DNA from: Lytechinus pictus
Lineage: Eukaryota
Length of the DNA: 64,000 bases
Direction: 5' to 3'
NCBI RefSeq assembly: GCF_037042905.1
Contig: NC_087245.1
Span: forward strand, 36,954,001 to 37,018,000
Part shown: positions 12,141-24,540 of the stretch, one piece after another
Numbering within the stretch: the first letter of the stretch is position 1
How the letters are laid out: each line of letters opens with the position of its first letter
Position numbers and translations under genes: made by a program
Notes under the pieces: generated by a model
The model's database searches: none
What the model was told of the DNA's origin: nothing
Seen by the model: only the letters and a program-made list of their open reading frames with translations

Positions 12141-13136
12141 ACTAGAACTGCAATCGTATTAGAACGATGTGCATGCATTGACGCCTGTGCTTTGATAGAG
12201 GGCAACAAATAGAGGGAGAGAGAGAAAAAACTCTAGATGATATACATTTTCAAAATATTAGAGGGCACTATTTCATAAAGGAATGGTCACTTATGCGTAA
12301 ACGCAGTTGGATTATGTGAAATGATACAATTGGCAAACCCTGAAAATATGACACCAAAATGAATTAAAACAAGGAAGTTATGGCAATTTTACTATTTTCG
12401 ACTTTTCAATAGAGGGCGCTATTTCTTAAAGGTAATGGTCACTGGTGCGTAAAAAACGTAGTGATTATGAGAAATGATACAATAAGCATACCCTGAAAAT
12501 ATGAGACCGAAGTGAATGATAACAACAAAGTTATTGTCATTTTACTATTTGTTGACTTTGCAATAGAGGGCGCTATTTCTAAATTTAATGGTCACTGATG
12601 CGTAAAAATTTGTTGAATTGTGAAAGATGATATCATTAGTAAACCATGAAAATATTAGACGGAAATGAATAAAAACAAGGAAGTTATGGTCATTTTACGA
12701 TTTTGCTACTTTGCATTTCAATAAATATGAAGTTTTTGAACGTAGACTATTTTGGATTTGAATTAAGGGCAAGAAGATGGCATTTTGAAGGGCAAGTCGT
12801 AGTATTTATATGAAAGAGCAACTCTTAAACAATCTACAGCAATTTACTAACAGCAATTTGTTAGAAGTCTCTAGCATGCAGGATAAGGGAGTTAGGACGG
12901 GATTAGGAATGGTATGCAAATGGACTTGAAATTTACAAAATGGCGCCTGGATGGTCATGCATGAGTGATTTTGGAAAATGGAAGACGAGGTGCACAACTA
13001 GGGATGCTGGACAACATGTCTACCAAATTTGGATGAATTTGGATGAGGGACGGAACCTGGGCAGAGCTAACAAAAACCATGGAATAGGAATACGGAACAA
13101 CAACAATAGCATTGTCGCCTGTAGGCGTCAATGCAA
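12141..13136 (-). mobile_element. Helentron-type HINE, family B
   Basis: Minus strand: 5' palindrome gcattgacgcct-ac-aggcgacaatgc, (GTT)n, internal ~150-155-bp tandem units, 3' subTIR aggcgtcaatgc, hairpin atcgt..acgat, terminal CTAGT. Confidence 0.75.
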
Positions 13137-13429
13137 TGATAACAATGTGCCTTATAAAGCGCCAAATCCACTCTGTAGAGTGCTCAAGGCGCACAAAGAA
13201 ATTAGGAAATGAGTAGCAAGATTTAAAGTTCATTGCCTATGTTGATAATTATATTCAATTTTACAATTATACAATTTTGATATTTTCAGTCACAAAGTGA
13301 CAATGTTTTATGCGTAATCCCATAGCATGACCAATGTATATTAAAAAAAACTTTGATTTCATAAAACTCAAGGCTGTATATAAATATGAGAAAATTTAAA
13401 AGAAATAGATCTATCTATCTATCTATCTA

Positions 13430-13490
<61 letters not shown>

Positions 13491-16400
13491 ATATATCTAT
13501 CCATCTATCAATTTTTCTTTCTATTTCTCTTTCTTTCTTTCTTTTTTCTTTCTTTCTTTCTTCTTCTATCGATCTATCTATCTATACAGTATATCTATAA
13601 CAATAAAATGGAGCAAATTCCTCAAAAATAAAATGCGAAGTGACACCTTCCGCCAGACGAAGAGTTTGACTTTGCCTTTCATTTTTATAAATTTCCTCAG
13701 TTTTCCTTTAAAATCTAAGATTTTTTTTTAATTTTACTCTTACTATTTTGCGATTCTTGTATTCTTCTATTATTCGATTCTTCCTTTTAGATACATAAAT
13801 AAAATGAGACAATTGGTCAGGTAGTTGGTGAGTTAGTAGATAGATACTGCAGATAGATAGATAGACAGATAGATAGATAAATGAATATTTGATATATATT
13901 TTTTTATCTATTTAAATAAAAACCTTGTCTATTTGTTGCACTGCATGGGCTATATGAAGCTTCAGGTGCAATGGCAGCTAACAGTGAACACGGTCCATGT
14001 GCCGCACATAAAAGAACAAATGTTTACACCAATGATGCAGTGTGCATAATCCACAATCCTCTATTATTTATTTATTTAAAGCCTTGAATATTTATATGAA
14101 CGCAAAGTTCGAAGTCATCCATTTTTCATTCGAAATATGAGACACGTTATATGGGTTTGAGCGCAACACAATGTGACAGAACGGTATCTCTTGTCTTTTA
14201 TTTATTCAAGCTTTTTTTGTTGTTGTTACGATAGCTTAATGTGTTAATGGCATGTTTGTATATTTATCAGTTCTTTTGTTTTTCATTTTCTTTTATCATT
14301 TTTGTGAACTCGTTATTATTATTTATCAATAAATCCAGAAACACCTGCTAAAAATATCATTACAAAATATCGAAAATATCAAAATTGTATAACCTAAAAT
14401 CATCAACTCTTTCTAATCACTTAATTTATCTAAGAGCCAGAATGGAATTTGTGGATTTTACACGTATTATTTGATATTGTATGATTATCATTATCATTAT
14501 GAAAGTTCCTAATCCCTGAGCGAAAGAAGAATGTTACGAAACGACTTAAGATAATTTTTTAAAAAATTGATCGCTCTAGCCGACGTGAGTATATGTGTTA
14601 CGCATTATTGATTTCACAGTGGGGAAAACAGTTTCGAGAATTTCGAATTTCACAGTATTCTCATCATTTTGCCGTAATTACGTTCAAGAGTGAATTTCAT
14701 TATTCTCCCAATAATATAATATCTTGTTTAAAACAATTAGAAAGAGACACAAAGGAAGACAGAGGGAAAGGGAGAGAGAGAGAGAAAGAGAGGGGGACAG
14801 ATCTAAACCGGGCATTATTAGAGAGAACTACTTGCAGGGCTTGTTAATGAGTTTTCCCTCTTAATGATGGTATCATCGGACGATAAAAAAAATAAAGGGG
14901 GGAAAAACTCATTTCCTTTGTCTTTGTATTCGATGAAAAGAATAGAATATACCAGAATCTGGTCAATTAATTTCTGTTATTGTCATGGGATTTCGTAACA
15001 AGTTGATACAAAAAAGATTAATCAGTTCTAAGCAATCAAGTCGGATATGAATATCGCACTCTTCTGGTAAAAGAGGCGTAGTGATACTGACAACGCACAC
15101 AGAAAAAAAAAACACGATTACGTAAGAGTCGACCGCACATGCGCAAATTACGGAAATGAATATCTATATATTTTTGGTACTTCTGAGGCAAATTTCATTG
15201 TTTTAGTGGGCTAAGAATTTTACACCATAAAGTCATAATTCGATGAATCTGTCGCTGTCAACATCTAAATTTTAATCTTCTTAAAGCCTTCTTTTACGAG
15301 AATTATCTTCAACCAGATACAGGTAAGAGATGTTACTACATTTAGTGTTTTTATTGTAAATAGCGATTGAGTTTTGTTATACGTTTAAACATGTTTAAGA
15401 GGCAAATGAAGATATATAATGCAGACCATTTTATATGCCGGATCATAACTTGCTTCCTTTGTTACTTTGCATATCTGAAATGCCCAACTTTTAACCAACC
15501 CTGGGCATCATACTGTCCACACAACTATTGGTTAAAATCTGCCAAAATTGGGTAATAAAAACTAATACTTGTTGGGTATATTTGCTCAATCGGAAATAAT
15601 TGCCCAGAATATAGATATTTTTTACCAACATACATTACCAAACACAGTGGACAGTATGTTGCCCAGCATTTGTGTATATTATATATATATGTATATATTT
15701 GCCCAATTTCACGAAAATATTAATGCATTACAATTTTATACAAGTTTACTTTAAAATGGAGCCTACAGAAAATAATTGGGGTTAGCTTGGACAAACCCGA
15801 ACGGTAAATTTAACAAAATATGCCCGATTGAAAAAGATATATAAACTAAATAATGGCAGAGGTAATATTGGCAGAAGTAGTGATGGCAGTAATAATCGAG
15901 TGCTTGATTGTACCTCATATAGTCACCTAGACTTAGTTCAATAGTTGAGTGTCGCTGATTAAACTCGCTTTCATTATTCGAAGTTACGTTTTACACACCG
16001 AAGAAAGTTTCGTCTATGTCACTGAAATTCAGAAAAAAAATCATGATAATTATGAACATGTCTACTATATGATTTAGAGCGAGCGTTAAAGCACAAACTT
16101 CTATGCGACTGTAGCGTCGTAAAGTAAAAAAAAAAAAAAGAGGGGCCCAAGCATGGTGACGATGTTGCAGAAGTTTCTTAATAAAAGTCCCGAGCGAGCG
16201 AAGCAAGCCAGCAAAAATGTTCACCTTTCATGATAATCTATAGCTTTGTGATATATTTTGACATAATATTCAGAAAATAACATCATATCTAACACATTTT
16301 CCTTTCCTTTTCACTCTTCTTGGTCGTAGAACTTTTGGGGCCATAGCCCCAAACCCTTCCATTTGTACGCCAAGGCTGTGCGGGTGGGTTCCGGGGTCTC

Positions 16401-17737
16401 CGCCCTCAAAGCTCTCGAGATTCAGCCATTTTTAATCTTAAAGGTAGCCGCTATTTTTATTCAAATGTCATGACACATTACTTCAACGCAGTGGCGTATT
16501 AAACCAAACATTTCCAGGGGTACAAAATGGCAAATGTGGGATAATTTACAACAAGAAGCGAGCGAGATAAGTGAGCGAGAAGAAAATTGACGATTGAAAT
16601 TAAATTCTAATTATAAAAATTATGATAGGTTCATCAAATAACACATCGTATTTCACCGTTTTATTTTTATTTCCATCCGTTGCCTCCTTAAACTTTCAGA
16701 CCTAAAAGTGAAATTGACCAACGGAAAATATATAAGCTATATAGTACTACAATGTAAGTTAATCACAGCTTGACAGCTAGGTATTTTGCTTAAGAAAAAC
16801 TCAAATTAACAGGTTTCGACAATGGGCTTTATGTATATTTTTAAAGACCTTATTTTTTAACTTTCCGGATTATGTATTCCATTTTTTTTACCCTAAAAAT
16901 CATTCTGCGCTCAATTGGATGGAGACATACACTAGGTTTCACTAGGTTTTGTGATTTCTTTATTTGGCTCTTATATGCCTGGCCTAAATTGCTATGTCAG
17001 GAAAAAGCTGTAACACTAATCCAAAAAAATGCGTGAAACAAAATATGGCAAAAATCATACCAGAGCTGTAGATCTCATCAGTTCAAGCGTGCATGCAGCA
17101 AAACATGTTTATGGTATCCATATTGTGTGATAGAAATGAAGAAGATAAAACACCTAACCAGAAAATCACCTAGTTTTTCTTCGTAAAGCTTTACGAAGGT
17201 GGAGTCATAGTAACCCTATGATCGGGCATGTCTAGAAGTGTTGTAAAACTGGAAGGGCTTGGGGGCTCTTGCCCCCTCCCCCCAAAAAGAAATAAAGAAT
17301 AAAATCACGACCAAGAAAAAAAGAGTGATAAGGAAAGTGAGAAGTGTGAAATATTATAGGCCTATTATATGAAATATAATTTTATTATGTCCATATCTAT
17401 CAAAAAATCTATCGCAAAATTTTATTTTTGTAATAAAATGTTGAAATTGTTCCTCGCTCGCTTTGCTCTTGGACTTGGACTGTATTTCATTTTTTTTAAT
17501 CCTAAGGGTACGTATACGTCGAATCCAAACACACTTCGCACAATGTTTCTTTATTTTAGCGTCACAGTGTTGTTGCATCGTCATATTTGAAACAGGGATC
17601 ACTCATTTAAACTCAAGATCACCAAAAACCTTGCTACTGTAGCCTAACTGCCATCTTTCTAATGCGTTATATACCCCCTTTCCCCTTTTCTATTATAGCT
17701 CAAATGAAATCTGTTATGTTTTCTTGTTTGCGCCCAG

Positions 17738-17804
17738 ATCCACAATCAACCCTTTCATTTATGCCTTCAAACACACCGATTTTCAAAAGGTGTTCATTTC
17801 ATAA
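17738..17804 (+). pseudogene. Isolated rhodopsin-class GPCR TM7/helix-8 fragment
   Basis: After ttttcttgtttgcgcccag it reads STINPFIYAFKHTDFQKVFIS*, an NPxxY(x)6F motif. No upstream TM1-6 found. Confidence 0.6.
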
Positions 17805-17814
17805 AATATCCCAA

Positions 17815-18036
17815 TTTGTCCAAAGTGTGACCTGAAACTCGTGCAAAATGGTCAGTGATATTAAATTTTGATTAACCTTATGTCAAAGATTCATGAACTA
17901 GGTCCATTTACTTCCGAAGATAAGATGACATTTCAAAAACTTAATCTTGGTTAAGATTTCAATGTTGACGACGCCTCCGCCATCGAAAAAGTGGCGCATA
18001 TAGGCTATATAGTTTTGTGTGCAGGCGAGACAAAAA
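17815..18036 (-). mobile_element. Truncated HINE family A copy
   Basis: Matches the 5' end and first unit of 39369-40550 (catgaactaggtccat...gcaggcgagacaaaaa). Confidence 0.8.
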
Positions 18037-18148
18037 TCAGCTTAGAAAGTTTTTTGACCGATTTTTTTCCTTCATATTCTGCTAAATGGATATCAGTGAC
18101 AATACTTTTCCAATCATAAATAACATGAAATAACATGACAGGGGGGGG

Positions 18149-18426
18149 GGGGCGTTGCGGTCTAGTGGTTATGACTCTCGTTTTTTAATCAAAGGGACGT
18201 GGGTTCGAATCCCAACCATGGCGTGTTTTCCTTCAGCAAGAAAACTGTCCACACTTTGCTGCACTCAACCCAGGTGAGGTAAATGGTACCCGGTAAGATT
18301 AATTTATTGAATGCACAAAGCGCATTTAGCATCTGGAGCTTTTAATAGCCCATAGTGCGCCATTGAATAGGCAACTAGATAATGGACGCCTCGTGAATAT
18401 TATACATTATTATTATCATTATTATT
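18149..18426 (+). mobile_element. tRNA-derived SINE (same family as 3991-4265)
   Basis: A-box, B-box gggttcgaatccc, shared core gcactcaacccaggtgaggtaaatgg, (ATT)n tail. Confidence 0.88.
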
Positions 18427-19415
18427 TTAATCAGTATAACAATACAGTTGTGTATTTTGACGAGAATTTGCATTGGCTTGCATAAAATCATTGTGTTGTT
18501 GTTTTTATAGCAATCTATAAATCAATACCCATGCGTCTCCAAAATATTCTTGAATGACGTGACGCGGATCTGTCGTGTTACGGATTTAAGGCAGAAAATG
18601 ATGAGGGGAGCCTTTGAGGTCTCTGGAACTGTTATGGTTGAATTTTCAAATATCCCTTTCTCGCTCTCTTCCCACTCTCGTTATATCTAAAGCAACGTAG
18701 TGTAGGGGACTTGTCGTACCCCCCAAAATTAGAAATCATCTTAAATATTGTAAAATTGCTGTCAAATATACTCATCATATCAGATGAAGTTTACGAAGTA
18801 ATGGCAGTTTAAAAATTACCCTTCTTAACTGAAACAGTGTAAAGCATGTGTTATGCGAACTAATGGCGTCATCGTCTCCTTTACTTCCGGTATTTTATCA
18901 AGTGAAAAAAAAATGCAATAAAAAACGGCACATTTCTGCCCCAATAATGGAAAAATCAGCATCGACTAACTGATTGATTGTAAAAGATTATCATTGCTGT
19001 ATGTACATATATTTTGTTGAGAGAGATACATTTAAACATTTGAATGAAAGTATATGATTAACTTTTTTTTTTGTAAAAAAGGGAAAATGGGGACGTAACC
19101 TCATTATCTATCGCATTGCATATTTGTGACGAAATGCAGCAACCGCTCAACAGACATAACCAAAAAGTTAGAAACTAAAATACATACTTATTTCTTCATT
19201 CGTTTTTTTTATGAAAATATTTTTCACTTTTCACTATTCATTGAATTTCCTATTACGGAGGATCCAATGAGTAAAAGTCTCTATTCGTGGGGGAAGACCA
19301 TAATATTTGATAAGACTTTCATGACAAACTGTGATGTAAGATATATAATGTCACTCTTGATGAATAAAATGTTTCAATCTAATTATCTTTAGCTCGACAC
19401 ATCTTGGAGGTGACG

Positions 19416-20600
19416 ATGAAGTCAGGTAAAAGTTCTTTGATATTGCGGGTGTTTATCATCTTGGTGTCTGGATTCATCACCACACAAACCAGAGCTGACG
19501 GTTTGGAAGATGGATATGACAACGCCACTACCATCTTGTATGAAGACATGACCGAGATCATCATCGATGACGATGCCTCTGACTCAGGATGGGCTTGGTA
19601 CCCAATAACATGGAGATGGTGGACAATTAGCCAAGTCATTTGCGCCATCCTTGGCGTCTTCGACAACGGGGTCGTCATCGTGATCATATTCCAGCGGCTT
19701 AAGAAGAACCGATCAACAGACACCTTGATTGGAGCTTTGGCCATTGCTGATTTCCTGACGTCCGTGTTCCTGTTCCCAATTCCTTGGGCCAAGCGTGTGC
19801 CTCCAACCATCCTAGGTAAGATGTACTGCAAGCTGCTCTATCCGGGCTTCGCTCTTTGGTTATGCATAACCGCATCCACCTACATCCTCATGGCAATCTG
19901 CATCGAACGTTACATCGCGGTCGTTCATCCACTCTACTTCAAAAGGGTCTTTACCAAGGCTAAAGTATCACTCGCTGTGCTTTTCCTCTGGGCATTTTCC
20001 TTCGCTCAGTGCTTCTATGCCTTGTTCACCTTTATCCACGACGAGGAAATCGGTTACTGTAGTTCTATTGTTGATACCAAGATGGGTATGGAAGCCAGCG
20101 CTTACTACGCCTTCTCAATTCGTCTAGCCATTCCCGTCCTGACCATGGTTGTCACCCAAATCATAATCATCCGGTCACTCCATGTCCAGTCCAAGGTATT
20201 CAAGGGTATGACCGGTGAGAGTCAAGCCACCTCTCCGACCTTTCACATCACTGCCCGGAACAACGTCATCAAGATGATGTTCATCGTCGTCATGGTCTAC
20301 GTCGTCACCTGGACACCCAATCAGATTGCCTACCTTTGCTTCAACCTCGGTTACATCTCCTCGTCCTACCGAGGAAGTCCCCTCCACCGCAGTCTTACGG
20401 TCTTTGCCTTCCTCAATTCCTGCGCCAACCCCATCATCTACACGTCCCGTCATACCGAGTTCAGGAAGGCCCTCAAGAGTCTCTTTACCTGTTCTAAACT
20501 CGAGATCACCTCCCTCTTCGAGATCAAAGATGATACTGGGGGAAAAGACAGTTCGCAATCAAACAGGAAGATGAATGAGAGTATTCCAGAAACACCTTGA
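19416..20600 (+). CDS. Class A (rhodopsin-like) GPCR, galanin/allatostatin-receptor-like orphan, single coding exon
   Basis: First ATG at 19416, preceded by an acceptor-like ctttag at 19387-19392. Signal peptide, 7 hydrophobic segments, LAIAD, C..ERY, WTP, NSCANPIIY. Confidence 0.95.
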   Translation: MKSGKSSLILRVFIILVSGFITTQTRADGLEDGYDNATTILYEDMTEIIIDDDASDSGWAWYPITWRWWTISQVICAILGVFDNGVVIVIIFQRLKKNRSTDTLIGALAIADFLTSVFLFPIPWAKRVPPTILGKMYCKLLYPGFALWLCITASTYILMAICIERYIAVVHPLYFKRVFTKAKVSLAVLFLWAFSFAQCFYALFTFIHDEEIGYCSSIVDTKMGMEASAYYAFSIRLAIPVLTMVVTQIIIIRSLHVQSKVFKGMTGESQATSPTFHITARNNVIKMMFIVVMVYVVTWTPNQIAYLCFNLGYISSSYRGSPLHRSLTVFAFLNSCANPIIYTSRHTEFRKALKSLFTCSKLEITSLFEIKDDTGGKDSSQSNRKMNESIPETP

Positions 20601-20763
20601 ATGCACTGTGGAGCTTTCCACTTCAACATCAATATCTATCAATATCTATTTCAAAAGGCAATGATAACAACATCAACAATTACAATTATGATACTCATGA
20701 TGATATAAAAATAGAATTAATAATACGAGTTAATTTTTTTTCTATTTTCATCATACATGTATA

Positions 20764-20995
20764 CAGTGGTGCTAACAAGTTAGTGAACCCCATCCGAAAA
20801 TGGACACAATTTCACAGTGTTCAAATTCTGCTTTCTTTTAGATATTTGATTGTGAAATCAGGTGATAAGATTTTAAATTCGATATAGTTCGTTTCTCTGC
20901 ATGGGCTCGCCGGACATACCTTGTTGTCTTCGTTCAACATTCGGCATGAACTAGTGCATTTTCTGGCGGGGTTAACTCACATTTTAGCACCACTG
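20764..20995. mobile_element. Tc1/mariner-like MITE downstream of the GPCR stop codon
   Basis: TA-flanked TIRs cagtggtgctaa...ttagcaccactg. Confidence 0.8.
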
Positions 20996-21587
20996 TACAT
21001 CAAATACATAAACAATGACAAATCAAATATAATTACACTCTAAATTCCAAGGTTTTGAAATAAATCCAGGATCCCGTAGCTCAAAAGTTAGTGATTAATC
21101 GTACGCTTGATTTTTACGATTAATTGTACATTTTAGGTCATGCAACCAATCGTTAATAATGTTTGATTGGGTTTGATTTCTTGTTTTCTTCTGCAGTCAT
21201 ATCGTTCGCATTATACATTTCCATTAAATAGCAAACAAAATAATATACTAATTGTCCAAAAATTCGGCAAATTGTATATTTTGTCTGTAAAGATTGTTTG
21301 CCACGGAGGGTCATACGTTAACAGAAAGGGAATCAAAAGATATCAGCTACGTCTTCTGAATTTATCGCAACATCATGAACTCTTACTGTGACATTGTCTT
21401 TGGGCAATGTTTTGGTTTCTTGCCAACCGAATCATTGATGATCTACCATGTGGCTTTGATTTTTGTTTTGACTCTGTTGAGCTTCTCGGACTAAAAAGAT
21501 TTGCGAACGGTAATAATTACATTAGTTAGTCTTTATTTAAATTTTGTATTCATTTTGTTTTGAATAGAAGGGTTTTTTGAAAAAATC

Positions 21588-21801
21588 AATAATAATAATA
21601 ATGATAATAATAATAATAATAATGATAATATTAATAATAATAATAATAATAATAACACTAATAATGATGATAATAATAATGATAATAATAATTATAATAA
21701 TGATAATGATAATAATAACAAACCAAAAAAGTCCTACTACTACTACCTCTACTACTACTACTGCTGCTGCTGCTACTACTGGTACTACTACTACTGTTAC
21801 A

Positions 21802-21837
<36 letters not shown>

Positions 21838-22760
21838 GCTGTTGCTGCTGCTACTACTACTTCTACTTCTAATACTACTGCTACTACTTTAAAAGGTCCG
21901 AGCTGTGTATAAATTATAACTGATTGATACACGTCTGTAAAATTCAATTGTAGTGACGATTATCATCAACATCATATCCTCACCACCACTATTGCTTTAA
22001 TAATAATTATTATATCCACCATCTCCATCTTTATCATCACGACTACTTTAAACAACATCGCCTCGATCATCATCTCCATCACTATCATTATCATCACGAC
22101 TACTTTAAACAACATCGCCTCCATCATCATCTCCATCACCAACAACGTCATCATCACCACAGTCCACGGCTATACTATCAAATTTATCATCATCCTTGCC
22201 ATCATAATCATAATCAACATCACTACCACCATCACCACGAACATCATATTCATCACTACCAAGATTAGTATCATCAGCCTAATTATAAACGATATAACAA
22301 AAATTGTCATCATCATTATCATCATCATCATCATAATCATCATCATCATCAACTTTATCATCGTCATCATCATTATCATCATCATTATTATCACCACCAT
22401 CATCATCAACGCTACCTCTACCACACGCAAATCATCAATATTCATATATTCTTTATTACCGTCATCGTTGTCATCACGATCATCATCATCATCATCAACA
22501 ACACCATAATCACCATCATCAACATCGCCATCACTACCATCATCAACGTCGCCATCGCTACCATCATTAACATCATAATTTCACCATCATCATCATCATC
22601 ATCATCATCAACATAATCATCATCCCCACCACCACCACCATAATCATAATAATAATAATCATCATCATCGTTATCGTCATCATCATCATCATCATCACCA
22701 AATCATCATTTTCATTATCATTGTCACCATCGTCATCATCACCATTGTCATCATCGCCTT
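21588..22760. repeat. Trinucleotide microsatellite block (AAT)n, (CTA)n, (CAT)n
   Basis: Seen directly in the sequence. Confidence 0.97.
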
Positions 22761-23378
22761 AAGATCAAACTGTAGCTCTATATGCCATGTGTCTAGTTTT
22801 ATAAGAAGCATACCTGCATTCATTCAAGTACAGTTGGTCAAAATAATATTTTATTTAATGCATAATGAGAATTATTATTTTTTTCTATCATATTATACGG
22901 TCGATGAACACACAAAATCAGATATTCATTTAAGCGAACTTTAAACGATCATAACTTTTTTATTTTACATCCGAATTTATGAAATTTTCAGCATTGTTTG
23001 ATAACTCTTTTTTATTCATTGCACATTTTTGGCGGTTAATAGTCCCCTATCGACGAGCTTGTCTTCGTCGCTTTGTAGACTGTCTGAGCTTTATCAGACA
23101 TCTTGAATTAGTGATAGAAATATATGTGAATAGTAATTTTCACTTCTTATGAACACAAGTGATGAAAATGAAATCGTTTATTGTACATAATCAAATTTTG
23201 TCAAGGTAATAGTATATGTACCAAATTGCTTTGATTGGTTAAATTTGCATAAAATGCAAACATTCTGTATAACTATAGGCCTATAACTTTGAGTGTTGGC
23301 ATATGACGAGGCGTTGGAACTACGACACGCTTCTGAATATTTGATCCATCGCTGTTTGCTATATGAACCTTACAGTAG

Positions 23379-24540
23379 TTTTTGTCTCGCCTGCACAGCA
23401 GTGCGAGACCTATAGGCGCCGCTTTTCTGCCCGGTCCCTAGCGAAACATATACCCTTTTTCATTATTTTAGTGTTTTGACACCCTTATTACGTTACGTAC
23501 GTAACGTGCCCTATCTTGAAAAATACACGCTTTTTACGTGTTTTTTGGTCGTGCATGGTATCCACTCGTCAATGCTAGTGTCCCCGGGCTTTTCCGACGG
23601 CGGCGGAGTCGTCAAGATCAAATCTTAACCAAAGGTTAAGTTTTTGAAATGTCATCATAACTTAAAAATATATGGGCTTACTTTATGAAACTTAAACATG
23701 ATTATCAAGTATTACTGAACATCCTTCTAGCGTTTGAGGTCACATGACCAAGGGAATAAAAACGAAATCTTATCCAAGGTTAATTTTTTTTAATATCCTA
23801 ACTCTGAAAATATATGAATCTAGTTAACGAAACTTTGATACAAGGGTAATCAAGTATAACATCCCGCTTGAGTTTCAGGTCACATGACCAAGATCAAATT
23901 TCATTTAGGGTCAATTGAATTTGGCCATGTTGTGGGTATTAGTTGATTTCCATCATAACTTTGAAAGTTTATGGATCTTGTTCATGAAACTTGGACATAA
24001 GGGTAATCAAGTATCACTGAACATCCTTGTGAGTTTCAGGTCACATGACCAAGGTCAAAGGTCATTTAGGGTCAATAAACTTAGATTATGTTGGGGAATA
24101 AAAACGAAATCTTAACCAAGGTTAAGTTTTTTTAAATGTTAGAACTCTGAAAGTATATGGAACTAGTTAACGAAACTTGGACACAAGAGTAATCAAGCGT
24201 CAGTGAACGTCCTGCGTGAATTCAGGTCACATAACCAAGGTCAGTGATCTTTGGCCGTGTTGGGGCGTTGAATCGCCATCATAACTTTGATAGTTTATGG
24301 ATCTAGTTCATGAAATTTGGACATAAGAGTAATCAAGTATCATTGATTGTCCTGTACAAGTCTTCGGTCGCACGATCAAGTTCGAATGTCATTTAGGGTC
24401 AATGAGCATAGTATATTATCATCATTATTATGAATGGTGCTTTTTAATGATAATTCTATAGTCGTTTTCAAAGTCAAGACTGTAGCTATATATTGAATCG
24501 CGTAATGCAGGCGAGACTGCCAGAGGCGCTCCTTTTGTTT
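23379..24540 (+). mobile_element. HINE family A copy 2, with a nested 159-bp CCCGG..CCGGG insertion (23430-23588)
   Basis: Same termini and units as 6270-7022. The nested piece is flanked by an 8-bp duplication, cttttctg / cttttccg. Confidence 0.82.

Noticed and set aside
19404..19415. ORF-track starts at 19404 (TTG) and 54340
   Set aside because: The first ATG of the GPCR is 19416. The 54340 Met lies in the intron upstream of the acceptor at 54320-54321.
21537..22445. Poly-Ile/Thr/Val/Met ORFs
   Set aside because: Trinucleotide microsatellite with no splice or domain evidence.
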